A DNA stretch of 64,000 nucleotides from Adineta vaga (Eukaryota > Animalia > Rotifera). Made by a program: the position numbers and the translations under genes. The DNA lies in the NCBI GenBank assembly GCA_021613535.1, contig CP075493.1, positions 5,022,001 to 5,086,000 of the forward strand, in the 5' to 3' direction. The notes under the pieces are model-generated. The model made no database searches, was not told the DNA's origin, and saw only the letters and a program-made list of their open reading frames with translations. Numbering within the stretch: the first letter of the stretch is position 1; every line of letters starts with the position of its first letter. Positions 39,501 to 51,409 of this stretch are shown piece after piece.

Positions 39501-41203
39501 TAACTACTCATTTCTAAATAAAAAGTATGTCACTATTTGTCTTGCATTATCTAATGAGAAGAAGAAGAAGATTAGACTTGCAATGACATTGATTTTTCTT
39601 TCTCGAAATGATTAACATAGTCGTGTGACAATGACTGATACATTCTTTTTCTCTTACTAATTCTTTGAGAAATGTCAAATGTAGGTGTTCACCTTCTTTT
39701 AATATCCATCGAAGGCTAAGCTTTTATTTAACTAATGTCTCAACTGTTTGCTTCTCTCCCTCTCTCTTTTTCTTTCTCTTTTTTGTTTTCATGAATTTTA
39801 CCTGCTGATCGATTACGATCATAGAGATAATCAAGACTTTTGGAACGGATTATCACATTACGAAATAATGAGAAAATTCTTGGATGATTTCGATCAGACT
39901 TCCGTGAACGTTCATTGCTCATTGTTATGCTTTATATTTTCTTTCTTTTTGTTGTTAAGAAAGAAAAATAATGCCTACACTACTTATGTATGTTGCTTTG
40001 TGCACAAATGAATAGAAGACTCCTGGTTACGCTGCGAGAACTTAAGTAGTCTTGTGATTCGACACGAAAGTGAAAAGACGAGGGAGTGAAAGAAAAGAAA
40101 AATGTGACAAACAGGAGTTTGCATACAAATACACTTATGAGATGAGGTTTCTTGTTTTACTTTTCGTTTGTCGTTTCTTTCTCTCTCTCTCTCTCTCTCT
40201 CTCTTTCTTATAAATGTCTTTACTAACCAATTAATGGGATATTTGTTATTTGAGTAGATGAATAGACATTGTGATTTGTTGATGGAATTGTTCCATTCGA
40301 TTGATCGTTCGTAACAAATAAAACATAATTGTCAACTAGTGGATCCTGTTTTGTTTTTGAAAATAAGAAACTTTTATCGAAATATCTTTGTATAAACATA
40401 CTCGAAGATGAAATGCATCAATACATTTTCTAATCAAATCATGTACTGTTTCTTCAGGTCGAATTCCGATTACTTTACGCTAGAAGAAAAAGAAAGAAAA
40501 CGAATGATGAAAATCTTGATTTGCTTCTTTTTGCTCTCAAATTACAATTAGAAATGAAGGCGTATTATTATTTTGATCTAAATCCGAATTTTGATCAATA
40601 ACAATTCGAACATGTTCAATATTTGAATTATTCAATTGCCACCAGCAACGAAGTGTTCTAAAACGAGAAAGAAAAAGTAAATTGATATGAATAGATTAAT
40701 GAAACTTACGATTCGATATGTTCTTTCCAAATATCTCGTATAGATTTTGTTTCGAATTCGATTATAAAATTATCAGCTACTGGCCAACCAAGAATTAATG
40801 ATCGAAGAGAATCATAATAATCCAATGATGTTATTTCCGATGCAATAGAATCAGTGAAGTGAGTAGAAAACCATACACGATTTAAATCAATACGTTGTTT
40901 GATTTTATATAAAATATGTCGATGATTATATTTGCCAATAATTAATTCATTCTTCGTTGTTAATATCATTAAACGTCGACATGTTGTATAATCACGAAAG
41001 AGTGTAACATGTGCCCAAAGATCATAGGAATCGAATATACCAACTGAGATTAAACATCGATAGATATCATTGGTATTTTGTAAAGGACTATCAATACTTG
41101 AACGTTTATTTCCAAGAAAATAACGACTAATTGAACGAGATTTGCGAGTTGACGGTTGAGAGACAACAACCTTTTTTAAAAGTTCATCACTTTGATTATT
41201 CAT
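36549..41203 (-). CDS. ARHGAP20: Rho GTPase-activating protein with PH, RA and RhoGAP domains, ARHGAP20-like
   Basis: SLILGWPVADNFIIEF, PLIGHEHPYSIKMKHL, GPDTTGIFRKVANAR (Arg finger), NGMNPFNLGLCV. Confidence 0.82.
40180..40204. repeat. (CT)n microsatellite in intron
   Basis: About 12 CT units. Confidence 0.8.
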
Positions 41204-42775
41204 GATAAAGAATATATAGGTATTGAATTAAAAATAGAAACATCTAAATAAAAAGAAAAATGAATTAATTAAATTAAAATCTAATTCAATTCATCTGTCT
41301 TTTTTTTTGTCTCCTCCCTCTTTTCACCATGACCATTGTCTCATGATATAAACCAACCATTAAAGATATCACTATAGGGGTCTCACTTTTACCTTTTCTC
41401 TTCTCATTAGAATAGAAAAGTGAACTCGAAAATGACAAAAATGAACATGATAGATGTCGATTCTAAAATGACTTACTCGTACGTCGTAAGAAATATCTAT
41501 TTACGTTCATATATTCAAGTGTATAGTTTCTTTATATATAAAAATCGAACTTGTATAGTTAACCAACTGTAATCAATCATAATAGTACTTGAAAATTATA
41601 TATTAAACGCCTATTGTAACTTGTTTAAATAGTCTGTATGAGAAAAAGAAGAACTTCAATAAATCATATGAATAAGTACCGAGACATATTGAATATCCAA
41701 GGATGCAGAAATAATAGGAAATAGAAAAATATCTCTACCCTCAGAACTTACTATTCATACTGTTATGTAAGAGAAAATTTGAATCAACTTTGTCTGAATT
41801 TATAATGTTTTGGTTGATTCTTTATAGAGAAAAAAAACTCTGTCTGATTATATTGTTAACTATAACATCAATTTACCTTATATTTTGCTAAATGAAGGAC
41901 ATATTTCAAGGTCTTGATTGATATCAATGATCACGAAAGAAATCGATTATAATTACCTTGATATACAGAAAATTAAGGATACAGGCTTATGCTTGATTTC
42001 TCAATTTGATGCAAAAGCACAAAACGTTTTTCTCTGTATCTCTCTCCTCTCTCGTGAAGAAAAAACAATAGTCAAAATTCTAATAAGGTCTTCTATACAC
42101 TGGCAACGATTAGATTGAAAAGAAGGGCAAAAAGATTTATTCTTCATAACGTACGACGTTACACTCATTTGAACAAAAAAAAAAAGGAGAAAGAAAATGT
42201 GAAACGAAAGTCATCGTCAATTATGTCAACATATACATTTAAATGAAAGAAGAGATGGCAGAGAGAGCAGCTCATTGTTGATCAATGAATATAAAAAGTG
42301 ATCGATCATCCAATGTGTGTGTGTGTGTCTGTGTACATATTAAACAACCTGAGGCAATCTTTGAAGTTCTCTCATTTTTTTTTCTCATGCACTTTTCTAT
42401 GTCATCAGACAATGAAGAAAACTGATTCGTGACAATTAAAATAATATGTATGTATCTATCTCATCGATCGTTCAATGATAATTTTCGATTCAATATACAA
42501 TTAAACAAATGATAGGATCGAAATATTGAAAATATCTTTAATTGAATTTCTTTACTGTTTTGATATTTGAGAATATATTTCGAAAAATACGTAATCATCT
42601 CATTAGAATTATATCCTTTTATTAATTTCGTTTCGAGTTACTTTGTACGTTGTCTTTTCTTTTCTTTTTTGTTCTGAATAGAAATCAAATAATACAATTT
42701 GTACACAACAGAGAAAGAGAGAGAAAAAAGTAAGAGAATGAAAAACATTGAAGTATTGTCAATTGATTTTAGTTT

Positions 42776-44535
42776 TTAAACAATAAGTTCTTTCTGATAG
42801 ATTTCAAAGATCATTTGTAAACGAAATTGTGGCATTTGTGCTTGAGTAAAATCTAATGGCCATTCTCTAGCGAGATATTTTCCAAATTGACATGCAAATA
42901 CACCGCAATCACTACCATTCGCTTGTTCAGGTATCATATTCATTGGTTGTACACGCCAACCATCAGGCATAGGACTGATTTGTCGTTTTGTTGCATACAT
43001 ATGTTCAACAAATGCATAAACACGACCAAGACACATATCATCTGTTCCACCTAATGAATCATAATATCCAATACAACGAGAACGAAAATCAATTGTCTAA
43101 ATAGAAGAAGAAAAAAACAACAAGTAAACCAACAAGATATTGATTTGTTCAACATTTCTTTTATTTACAGTTAATGTCCAATGATTTGCTTGATGAATAG
43201 GAATAAGAATAAGATCATAATCAAAAAATGTGATATTTCCTCGTCTCATCCATCGATCCCAGCTTGTATGTGTTGGTCCATCTTTCGATAGTTTCGAATA
43301 GAAAAATGTACTAAATGCATATACACGTAAATTGCTTTGTGTACCACTTTCTCGTGCAACTAGTGCCAAATAAAAATTCACAACCTATTTTTCAAAGATT
43401 TAACTTTATATTTACAGAGAAAAAGTTCATTAATATTTACTTCATCGTTGAGCCATGTAAGACCACGAAGTGTACGAATATCTTTCCGAGTTATAGGTTG
43501 ATCACCAATGGTTCCAAAAGATTCGTTTTCGTCACCAGTTAAAAGCATTTGTACAAGACGAAGTTGATCATCAGACAAAGCTAAAATTAACTGATTATGA
43601 AAGATTTTTTTAAATTTCATTGACATTTTACTGTATATTCGACGTGTACGCCAAGCAGATTTTGTTGAAATAGTCGAAGGAACTGTTGATGATGGAGTTA
43701 ATTGTAAAGATGATAAACGTGATGTAATTGTCTTTGAAAAGAAAGAAAAAAGAGATATGTTGAATTGACAGGATGTTTTCGATTTACATCAGGTGTAGTA
43801 GATGAAGATGGACTGGATCGTCTTAAATGTAAGTTGAAAATAGAAATCAAATGAAGAAAAAGCGTACTTTTTAAGCAATGCAGTGCGTACAGATGGAAAA
43901 TGTTGAAGTAAATCATCAAGTCTATTCATAGAACAGATCGATCATGAAAAGGCGGTTATATGGAAATAAAAGCATACGTTTGGAATTTGATTGGTTTGGC
44001 TTTGAGATATCCAACGATCGAAACTAAAATATGATTATAGTTTTAATATCAAGTACAATAATTAATCAAACGAGATGATTTCTTGCTTACCTTCAGATCC
44101 ATCATCATTGCCATTTTCATTTAGACTGTTATTGTTATTTTGATTCATTAGATTATTTTCCGGCTTACTAAGTAATTAATCGAAAGAATATGTCGATGAG
44201 ATTGATTTCTTTTCATGAAATTTCTTACTTCGATACTTTTTCTAACATCTGATTCACCGCTAAAATAAAAAAGAATTCATGTTTATATTGGTTCTATATA
44301 ATATGCATACTATCAAGTCGTTTTTGTTGTTTTTCAATAATCTGTTCTTGTAATATTGTTGGTCGATATGGTCGATTGATCTACTCAATAAATCACAACT
44401 TACTAACTCTTAAATTCCTTATTGGACTAGATTTTCTTGTCTTACTTTATGTTGAGACAATGATTTACTCGTCGTAATACTTGTTGTATCACGTACTTGA
44501 GGATGTGTTCGTCGACGAGCAGCTCTATGTTTCAT
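42776..44535 (-). CDS. SUMO-specific protease, Ulp1/C48 family (SENP1/2-like)
   Basis: WLNDEV, FSTFFY, LIPIHQANHWTL (His), YYDSLG (Asp), QANGSDCGVF (Gln/Cys). Confidence 0.92.
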
Positions 44536-44691
44536 ATCTACAAATCAACGGGAAATGAAACGACTGATTTCATATGTGAAAAAATAACATAGAAAAATCA
44601 TTTCGGTTTTCTTCTTTTTGTATGAAAATGGAAACATTCACTGCATATAACAAAAAAATAACACCTAAGAAACAAAGAGAGAGAAACCAGG

Positions 44692-46064
44692 TTATCGTCG
44701 TTTGCGTCCGAGATCCTGAGTTATATCATCGAATTTGGGATCGTTAACATTGATCATTAAAGCTTGAGCATCAAGAAATGCACGGTTTGTACTTTGAGAA
44801 AGCTATTAAGAAAAAGAATGAAATGAAAGAAATTTACAACAAATGCCATAGGAATTCATACTGTTTTAGCAATATTCTGTGCTGCACGGATTCTTCGTAG
44901 TTTTAGATAACCAGGGTTTTTACTAATGGCATTACCGATCTAAATAAATAATTCGAAGTATTTCTTTTTCATGATTAGAAAGTATATTTACAAGTTTAGC
45001 TGATTCAGCATCACCCTCAGCGAGAACAATTTTTTGTTGTCGTTCTTGTTTTGCTTGTTCAACAGTAAAGACGGCTCTTTGAGCTTCTTGTTGAGCGACT
45101 TGTTTAGATTCAACAGCAGCTGAATATTGTTGACCAAAACTAAGTTCCGTAATCGATACATCATCAAGTAAAATATCGAAATCTTTTGCACGTTCAATCA
45201 AGTCCATACGAATCAAATTCGATACTTGTTGTCGTTGAGTAATTAATTGTGAGGCATTAAATTTTGCAACTACACCTTTTAATACTTCGTTACAAATCGA
45301 TGGTAATACACGTTCATCCCAATCGACACCTAATGATTGATATAATTTTGGTAATCTTGTTTGATCAGGTCGAGCTAATACTCGAAGTGCTAGAAAGATA
45401 AAGAATGTTTATTCATCTTGACTTATTCAAAAGTAAATATACCAATAGTGACCATTTGTAGATCTAAATAAATATAGAATCGAGAACATTGAAGAGTAGA
45501 AAGATTGAAGATATATACCTTTGCTGCCAGTTGGTGATTTGATAATACTTGGTCGAGCACGAATATCGTATGTTATTGGATATTGAAACCATGGTATTCT
45601 ATATAAAAATCATTCTCAAACATTCTGCGTACGTTTCTTATATTGAATAGACATATGATATACAGAGTGTGAACTAATTTCAATGAAATTAGAAAAAAGA
45701 AATAATTGTTTTCATGACCTTCATTTTTGTTCGATTTCAGCTCTTAACATTTGTTAGAAAAACAACCAATCTGATTCTTTACCTAAAGTGTAGACCTTCT
45801 GAATAAATTGTATTCTGATCAATACCACCAACGCGATTGAAAATAATCGCACGATGACCACCTTCGACTATACAAGTGGAAAAAAAAGGACAACTCTAAT
45901 CATTTATTTTTGATTCTATCATTTGTTTCATTACCAGTAAACATCGATCGATAGATTCCATAAGCAACTGCTGATGCACCAACAAGAACTTTGACACCTA
46001 AACCTAAACCTTTCGGTGTTCCTTGAGATAATCGACTAGCAAAATTATTCAATTTTTCTGCCAT
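44692..46064 (-). CDS. PHB2: Prohibitin-2
   Basis: [16 protein letters not shown]...[16 protein letters not shown]...[24 protein letters not shown]...[11 protein letters not shown]...[14 protein letters not shown]. Confidence 0.97.
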
Positions 46065-46178
46065 GATGTTCTTTTTCTTTTTTCCTTCGATCTAAAATCA
46101 AAGACATTCTCACATAAACGACCTAAACACGACATTTATCTATGTGCAATTATTATTTTTCTCTCGTTTTTTTTTCTA

Positions 46179-47864
46179 TCAGACAATCATAACATTTTGA
46201 AATTGATGAGAAAGTTTATCGAGTATTGTACGTTGTTGTTCAATATGTTGATCAATATTTGTTTGTAAAGTATTTAAACATGTAGTTTCACGATCAAAGT
46301 CAATTGCTTTTATCAGACGATTCGAATCATGACAATCTGTTTTCTTCATATAGACTAAACGCTGTGGTTGATGAAGAAAAAGTGTTTGAGATGATGATGA
46401 TGGCGATGATTTGGACATCAGAGATGGGTTACTTGCAAGTAATTGATTGAATAACGATGATACTTGTGTATCAATGGAAGTAAGAATCGATGAAACATCA
46501 TGTTTCATAGATGTATGACCGTTCTAAATATGATAGATTATTAAAAATGAATCAATATTTGAAAGAACATACGTTTGATAACCATAATTGTTGAAGTCGT
46601 ACAAGAGCGTTATCAAGCGTATCAATAGCTGCATTAAATTTTTGTTTTTCAGCTTCTAAACGTTGACAATCAATTTGTTTTAGTGGTTCATATTTCTCTT
46701 CATTTTCCTCTTCAACTTCTTCTTCATCTTCTTCCATTGTTGATGGTTGATCAAGTACACTTTCCTACATATGCATTTCAAATCAATTTCAATATTAAAT
46801 GTGAGCTTCAAAATTTACCATCCATTTCCAAAAAACATTTTCATGTTCATTCCAAAAGAGAAAATAATTCAATTTTTGATGTTCATTTTCAAGTTCAATC
46901 ATATACTAAATAATCATCAATAAGATTCGTTTATATTCATAATTACAAATGATTTGATTTACATGAGATAACAGATGAGGATGTTGACAAAGATGTGCTT
47001 CAAGTGATGACATATTATGACACTCATGAATCTAATCAAATCGTTTGTTTTTCTATTGAGAAAAAGTAGCAAATCAATGAAATTTACTTGATGTTGTAAA
47101 CTAGCATTTTCAATCACAAGTCCATGAAGACGTCGTAAACCAAATCGTAATTTAGAATTTAAATGCATGGCTTGTTTAACTTGTCCAATGAGATCTTTAT
47201 TATCTTGTAGAGAATGAGTCATTCGTTCAATATCATCATCTGTCTAGAAAGGAAAAGAAAAGAAAATGATACAAATGAATAAGAAGATTTAGTTTATTTT
47301 TATTGACCTGATGAAGTAAACTTGTATCATCATAATCTAATATACAATCAGAATTTAAACATGATTCCATGCATTTTTCAATCAGTTTTATATGATAGAT
47401 AAGCCAACCAAGACAAATCAGTAATTGTCGACTACCTTTTCGCATTGTACTATCCAATGATAGGAAATGTTCATAAGTATAACCACGTGTAAAAAGATCA
47501 TTTTTGATAGAAAAAACTAATTCATCTAAATACACATGATTTATCGTTCAATTTCAATTGCTATCATTGAATACTCTGAAGTACCTTTGGGTGTTTGTTC
47601 AAATTTAGTAGTTGCATGTTGTTGATTCGTTTTTGTTGGATCGAAATGTAAAATTTCATATATCAGACGCCATAATGGAATAGTCTAAACAATTGTTTGT
47701 ATCGTCAATTGACTTGTTCTCAATCGAAATCTTACCGCTTCAGTACGATTGAATTTTGCCAATCGAAGAATTTCCGGTGTAATCGATGAAAATCCATAGA
47801 AAGATAAAATTTTACAAAAACATTCAATAACTGGACGGATTTGTTGTGGAGGATTGGATGTCAT
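46179..47864 (-). CDS. TEDC1: Tubulin epsilon and delta complex protein 1 (C14orf80-like)
   Basis: ITPEILRLAKFNRTEA..PLWRL, GSRQLLICLGWL and HENVFWKWM match TEDC1 motifs. Confidence 0.8.
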
Positions 47865-48251
47865 TCTAGAGTGAGATGTACAGAATTAATTTCCAAATAA
47901 AATTACAAAATAGAAAAGAAAAGATAATATTCCAAAAATCTTTGTCGTTTATTAATATATTTATATGTGTGTATATTTGGTAAGTGAAGAAGACGAATAA
48001 GAAAAGAAGAAGACAAAAAAAAGAAAGAATAGGAGTTTTGTTTTCGTTTTATACATATATATATTTATATATATCTTGTTCTATTATTCACGTAGAAAAA
48101 AAAAGAAACAAATAAACAAACATGGAATAAATTCATCCGACTACCTAATCTAGGTAGTATAGAAACAAGAAAATTGAAATATACAGTAAGAAGAAAAAGA
48201 GAATGTCGTTTTGAATTATTTGATCTAGTTAAAGAATGTTTGATTTTCCTC

Positions 48252-50832
48252 CTATCTTGGATTAGTCGATGTGATTGGGTTAGTATTATTAGTATTAGGA
48301 CTATTGGATGTCGTAGTCCATTGTTGTTGATGTCGAGTTAGAACAAGATTCACCGAAGGACTGTTCGTAGTTGATGGTAAATCAGTTGAAGAAGAATTCG
48401 AGGAATGATTAGTATTATTCGATGGAGATAAAGGCATGGATATAATTTTACGACTACGACGAGATGATGCACGTGTAGGAGGAAGCGTTTCTGATTTAGG
48501 AGAAGTAGCTGCTGGTTGTTGACGAGGAGACGTACGACTAGAAAATAGGAAAATGAATTGATTTTAATGGAAGAATGAAAGGTATACTTGGTATTCGAAG
48601 GTCGACCACGTTTTCCTTTAATAACTGGTGATGTTGATGGAGGAGGTTGTGGTGGATCACATGCTGAACACTGCCATGATCCATCTGGAATAGCTTCAAG
48701 ACCAACACAATATGAATGATAACCACGATCACATCGATCACAAAACATCATATTAGCCTAGAAAATGAGAAAAACATACATTTCTCTAAAAATCTTACCA
48801 AAAAAGTATCTTACTTCATCATGAGTTTTGTTACATTTTGCACAACTTTTACAATCAATACATTGCCATGGATATGTTTTAATAATTGTTAACATTTCAT
48901 TATTAGCATCAAGACAAGCTGGATGATATCGATGTTGACAACTTGTACATGTCATTAATTCTTGGTCATTTTCATCATTTGTTGCTTTACACATATGGCA
49001 AATATTTGCGTGACTATTCAGTGAAATCGGTGTTGATAATTTTGAAGGACGAATTGTCGCGACATTATTACTATTAGTACCGATTCCATTGACTAATGAA
49101 GGTGATTGTGATGTTGTAGGATTTGAAATTAATGGACGAACACTTGAAGTGCCTACATCTTCTTCATCACTTGACGCTCCCTAATGAAAATAATAAAAAA
49201 AAAGCATTTTGCAATAGATAAATTTATCTCTTTCACGTGAAAAGACTTTCATTAATATTAAACATTATAGAATTTAATAATTCTATCTTGCCGAAGTAAT
49301 GATTGTGTTAAATTATTAATTTAATCGTGACTAACCTATCCGGTCAAGTATTGCCTTCAAGAAAATTATGATGAATAAGAAGTATCCTCTGTTGTTATTC
49401 TCTGAAGCAAATTTTCAATGAATAGCATTGTTATGTACACGGTAAACACAAATATCAGTTTGTTTCTTGAGAAATTTACCTGTTGTGAAAATCGATCAGG
49501 ACGAATGAGTGAAACTGGTTTTGGATAATAATATAAAGCTGTATTTAGTGGCATATAGTTAAGTTCTTCAGGTCCATATTTTATATAAGAATCTTGATAT
49601 TGTCCTGGTACTAAAGCTAATGGATAAGAACCAATTTTAGTTAGATGAGCTGGCAAACGAAATTGTCGATTAGCTGGATAATGTATTTGCTAGAAGATTG
49701 AGACGAATTCAATAGATCGCAATGGAAAAATTTAAAGAAACAAACCATAGTTTGAAGATCAAAACATGCTTTCCGATCTTCACGTCGTTCTCGTTGCAAT
49801 TGCGTATTATAATCAACTGTTGATCGTAATAATTCTTGTCGAACTGTATTCGATAATTTCTAATCGAAATAAAAAAAACTTCAATAGATTTCAAATGTAA
49901 AACCAATAAATCAAATATACCATCGTGCGATTTTTATCTCCATTATCTAATGAATTCGAAGATTGAGTAGTCAATGTTGACGCAGATGCTGCTGCTGCAG
50001 CTGATAATTGATTACAAATAGATGCAGATAGAAGAATTGGAGTAGTACTATTATGATTCGTATTTGTATTATTGGCTGCGGCGAGTGCACGACGTTTTTG
50101 TTGCCAAACATCACTAAATTGCTAGAATTAGACAAAACGTAGACAATTGAAAACGAATGTAATATAAATAATCTTACATGATATTTATCTGGATAATCAG
50201 TTGACATTAATTGTAGAACTTCATCAAGTTTTAATGCGGTTAAACCTAAATCACATTGTGTTTCAGTAACAACATTTTGTGATTTCAAATATTCTCGTTC
50301 ATGTAAATCAACAATTCTTCGATAAATATCTAAATAGAAACATGAAGTGAAAGTTTCTTTTTTGAAATTCTATAAGAAATCAACAAACCAGGATATTTTC
50401 TTTTAAAAGATTTTAATGATAAAAAATCACAAATTTGTTCTTGTAAAACATGAAAATCTGCATGGGATTCATCAATTGGCCATTGATACATATAAATTTT
50501 ATCTGCAGATACATCTAATCTGAAAAGAAAAGAACATTTTGATATCTCGATGAAATTCATAATCATAGGACACAAAATATTTACCCTAGACTTTGATCAA
50601 TATCTGTTGTATTTCGTTTTTTTCGACTTTTCTTTGTTGGCGTATCGATTATTGTTGGAGAATCATTGATTTCATCGTTATTATCTCGTGTTAAACTTGG
50701 TGATCGGGTTCGTTTAAGTGATTTTGTTGTTGGTGAAGATTCTGTATGATTATGATTGACATGATTCAATGGATGAGGTAAAAGAACAACATCCGAAGAT
50801 GCTGAAGAAGATGATTGAAGTGAACTACTCAT
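48252..50832 (-). CDS. PHF10: PHD finger protein 10 (BAF45a/SAYP), PBAF subunit
   Basis: SAY domain [40 protein letters not shown]; tandem PHD ([22 protein letters not shown]). Confidence 0.94.
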
Positions 50833-51092
50833 CAGTCAATCTAAAAATAACAATGAAATATGAAATTTTCAATTCTTTTTCTCTCTCTCTCTCTCTTTCT
50901 ATGCCCTTCGTATTCGTATGAGGAAAAAAACGGGAGAGACTATAATCGCATCGCCATTTGTATATATCTACCTCGGTAGGAAATAAATAAACGAGAAAAA
51001 CGTGAATTTCTGAAATATAATTCAAGATTTTAGTTTTATTTAGAAAAATAATCATTGATTTTATGATTTTATCGAAAAAAACAAAGACAAAA

Positions 51093-51103
51093 TAGGGGGC
51101 GCT
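51093..51103 (+). promoter_or_regulatory. TAGGGGGCGCT motif in the PHF10/NHLRC2 divergent promoter
   Basis: Rare GC-rich 11-mer matching TAGATGGCGCT at 10792. Confidence 0.4.
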
Positions 51104-51409
51104 AGATGCAGTCTCAAGACGGATTGGAAAGTTTATCAAGTGTAAAATTTAAACAATTTTTAAATCATGTCATGTCATGATAGTTAGAATTTTTGTATAG
51201 CCTTCAAACTTATCAAACTCTCATTATCTTTGACTTGTAACAACGTGTTTGTACATCTTTGCTTTGTATTCACACTCTCAATGGTAGGATATAATTGGAT
51301 AAGAAAAAAATGCACTTAAATGCCGTTTTGTTTTTGTTACGTTGATTGATAGAGAGATTACACTATGAATTGTCGAGCATTTTTCTTTTATTCTTAATTT
51401 GATTTATAG

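Noticed and set aside
45598-45782. Longer PHB2 intron as a possible snoRNA/scaRNA host or MITE (TACAGAGTGT)
   Set aside because: No C/D or H/ACA layout on the sense strand and no matching second TIR.
48140-48158. 8-bp hairpin ACTACCTA-atc-TAGGTAGT in the PHF10 3' region
   Set aside because: Too short to distinguish from chance.
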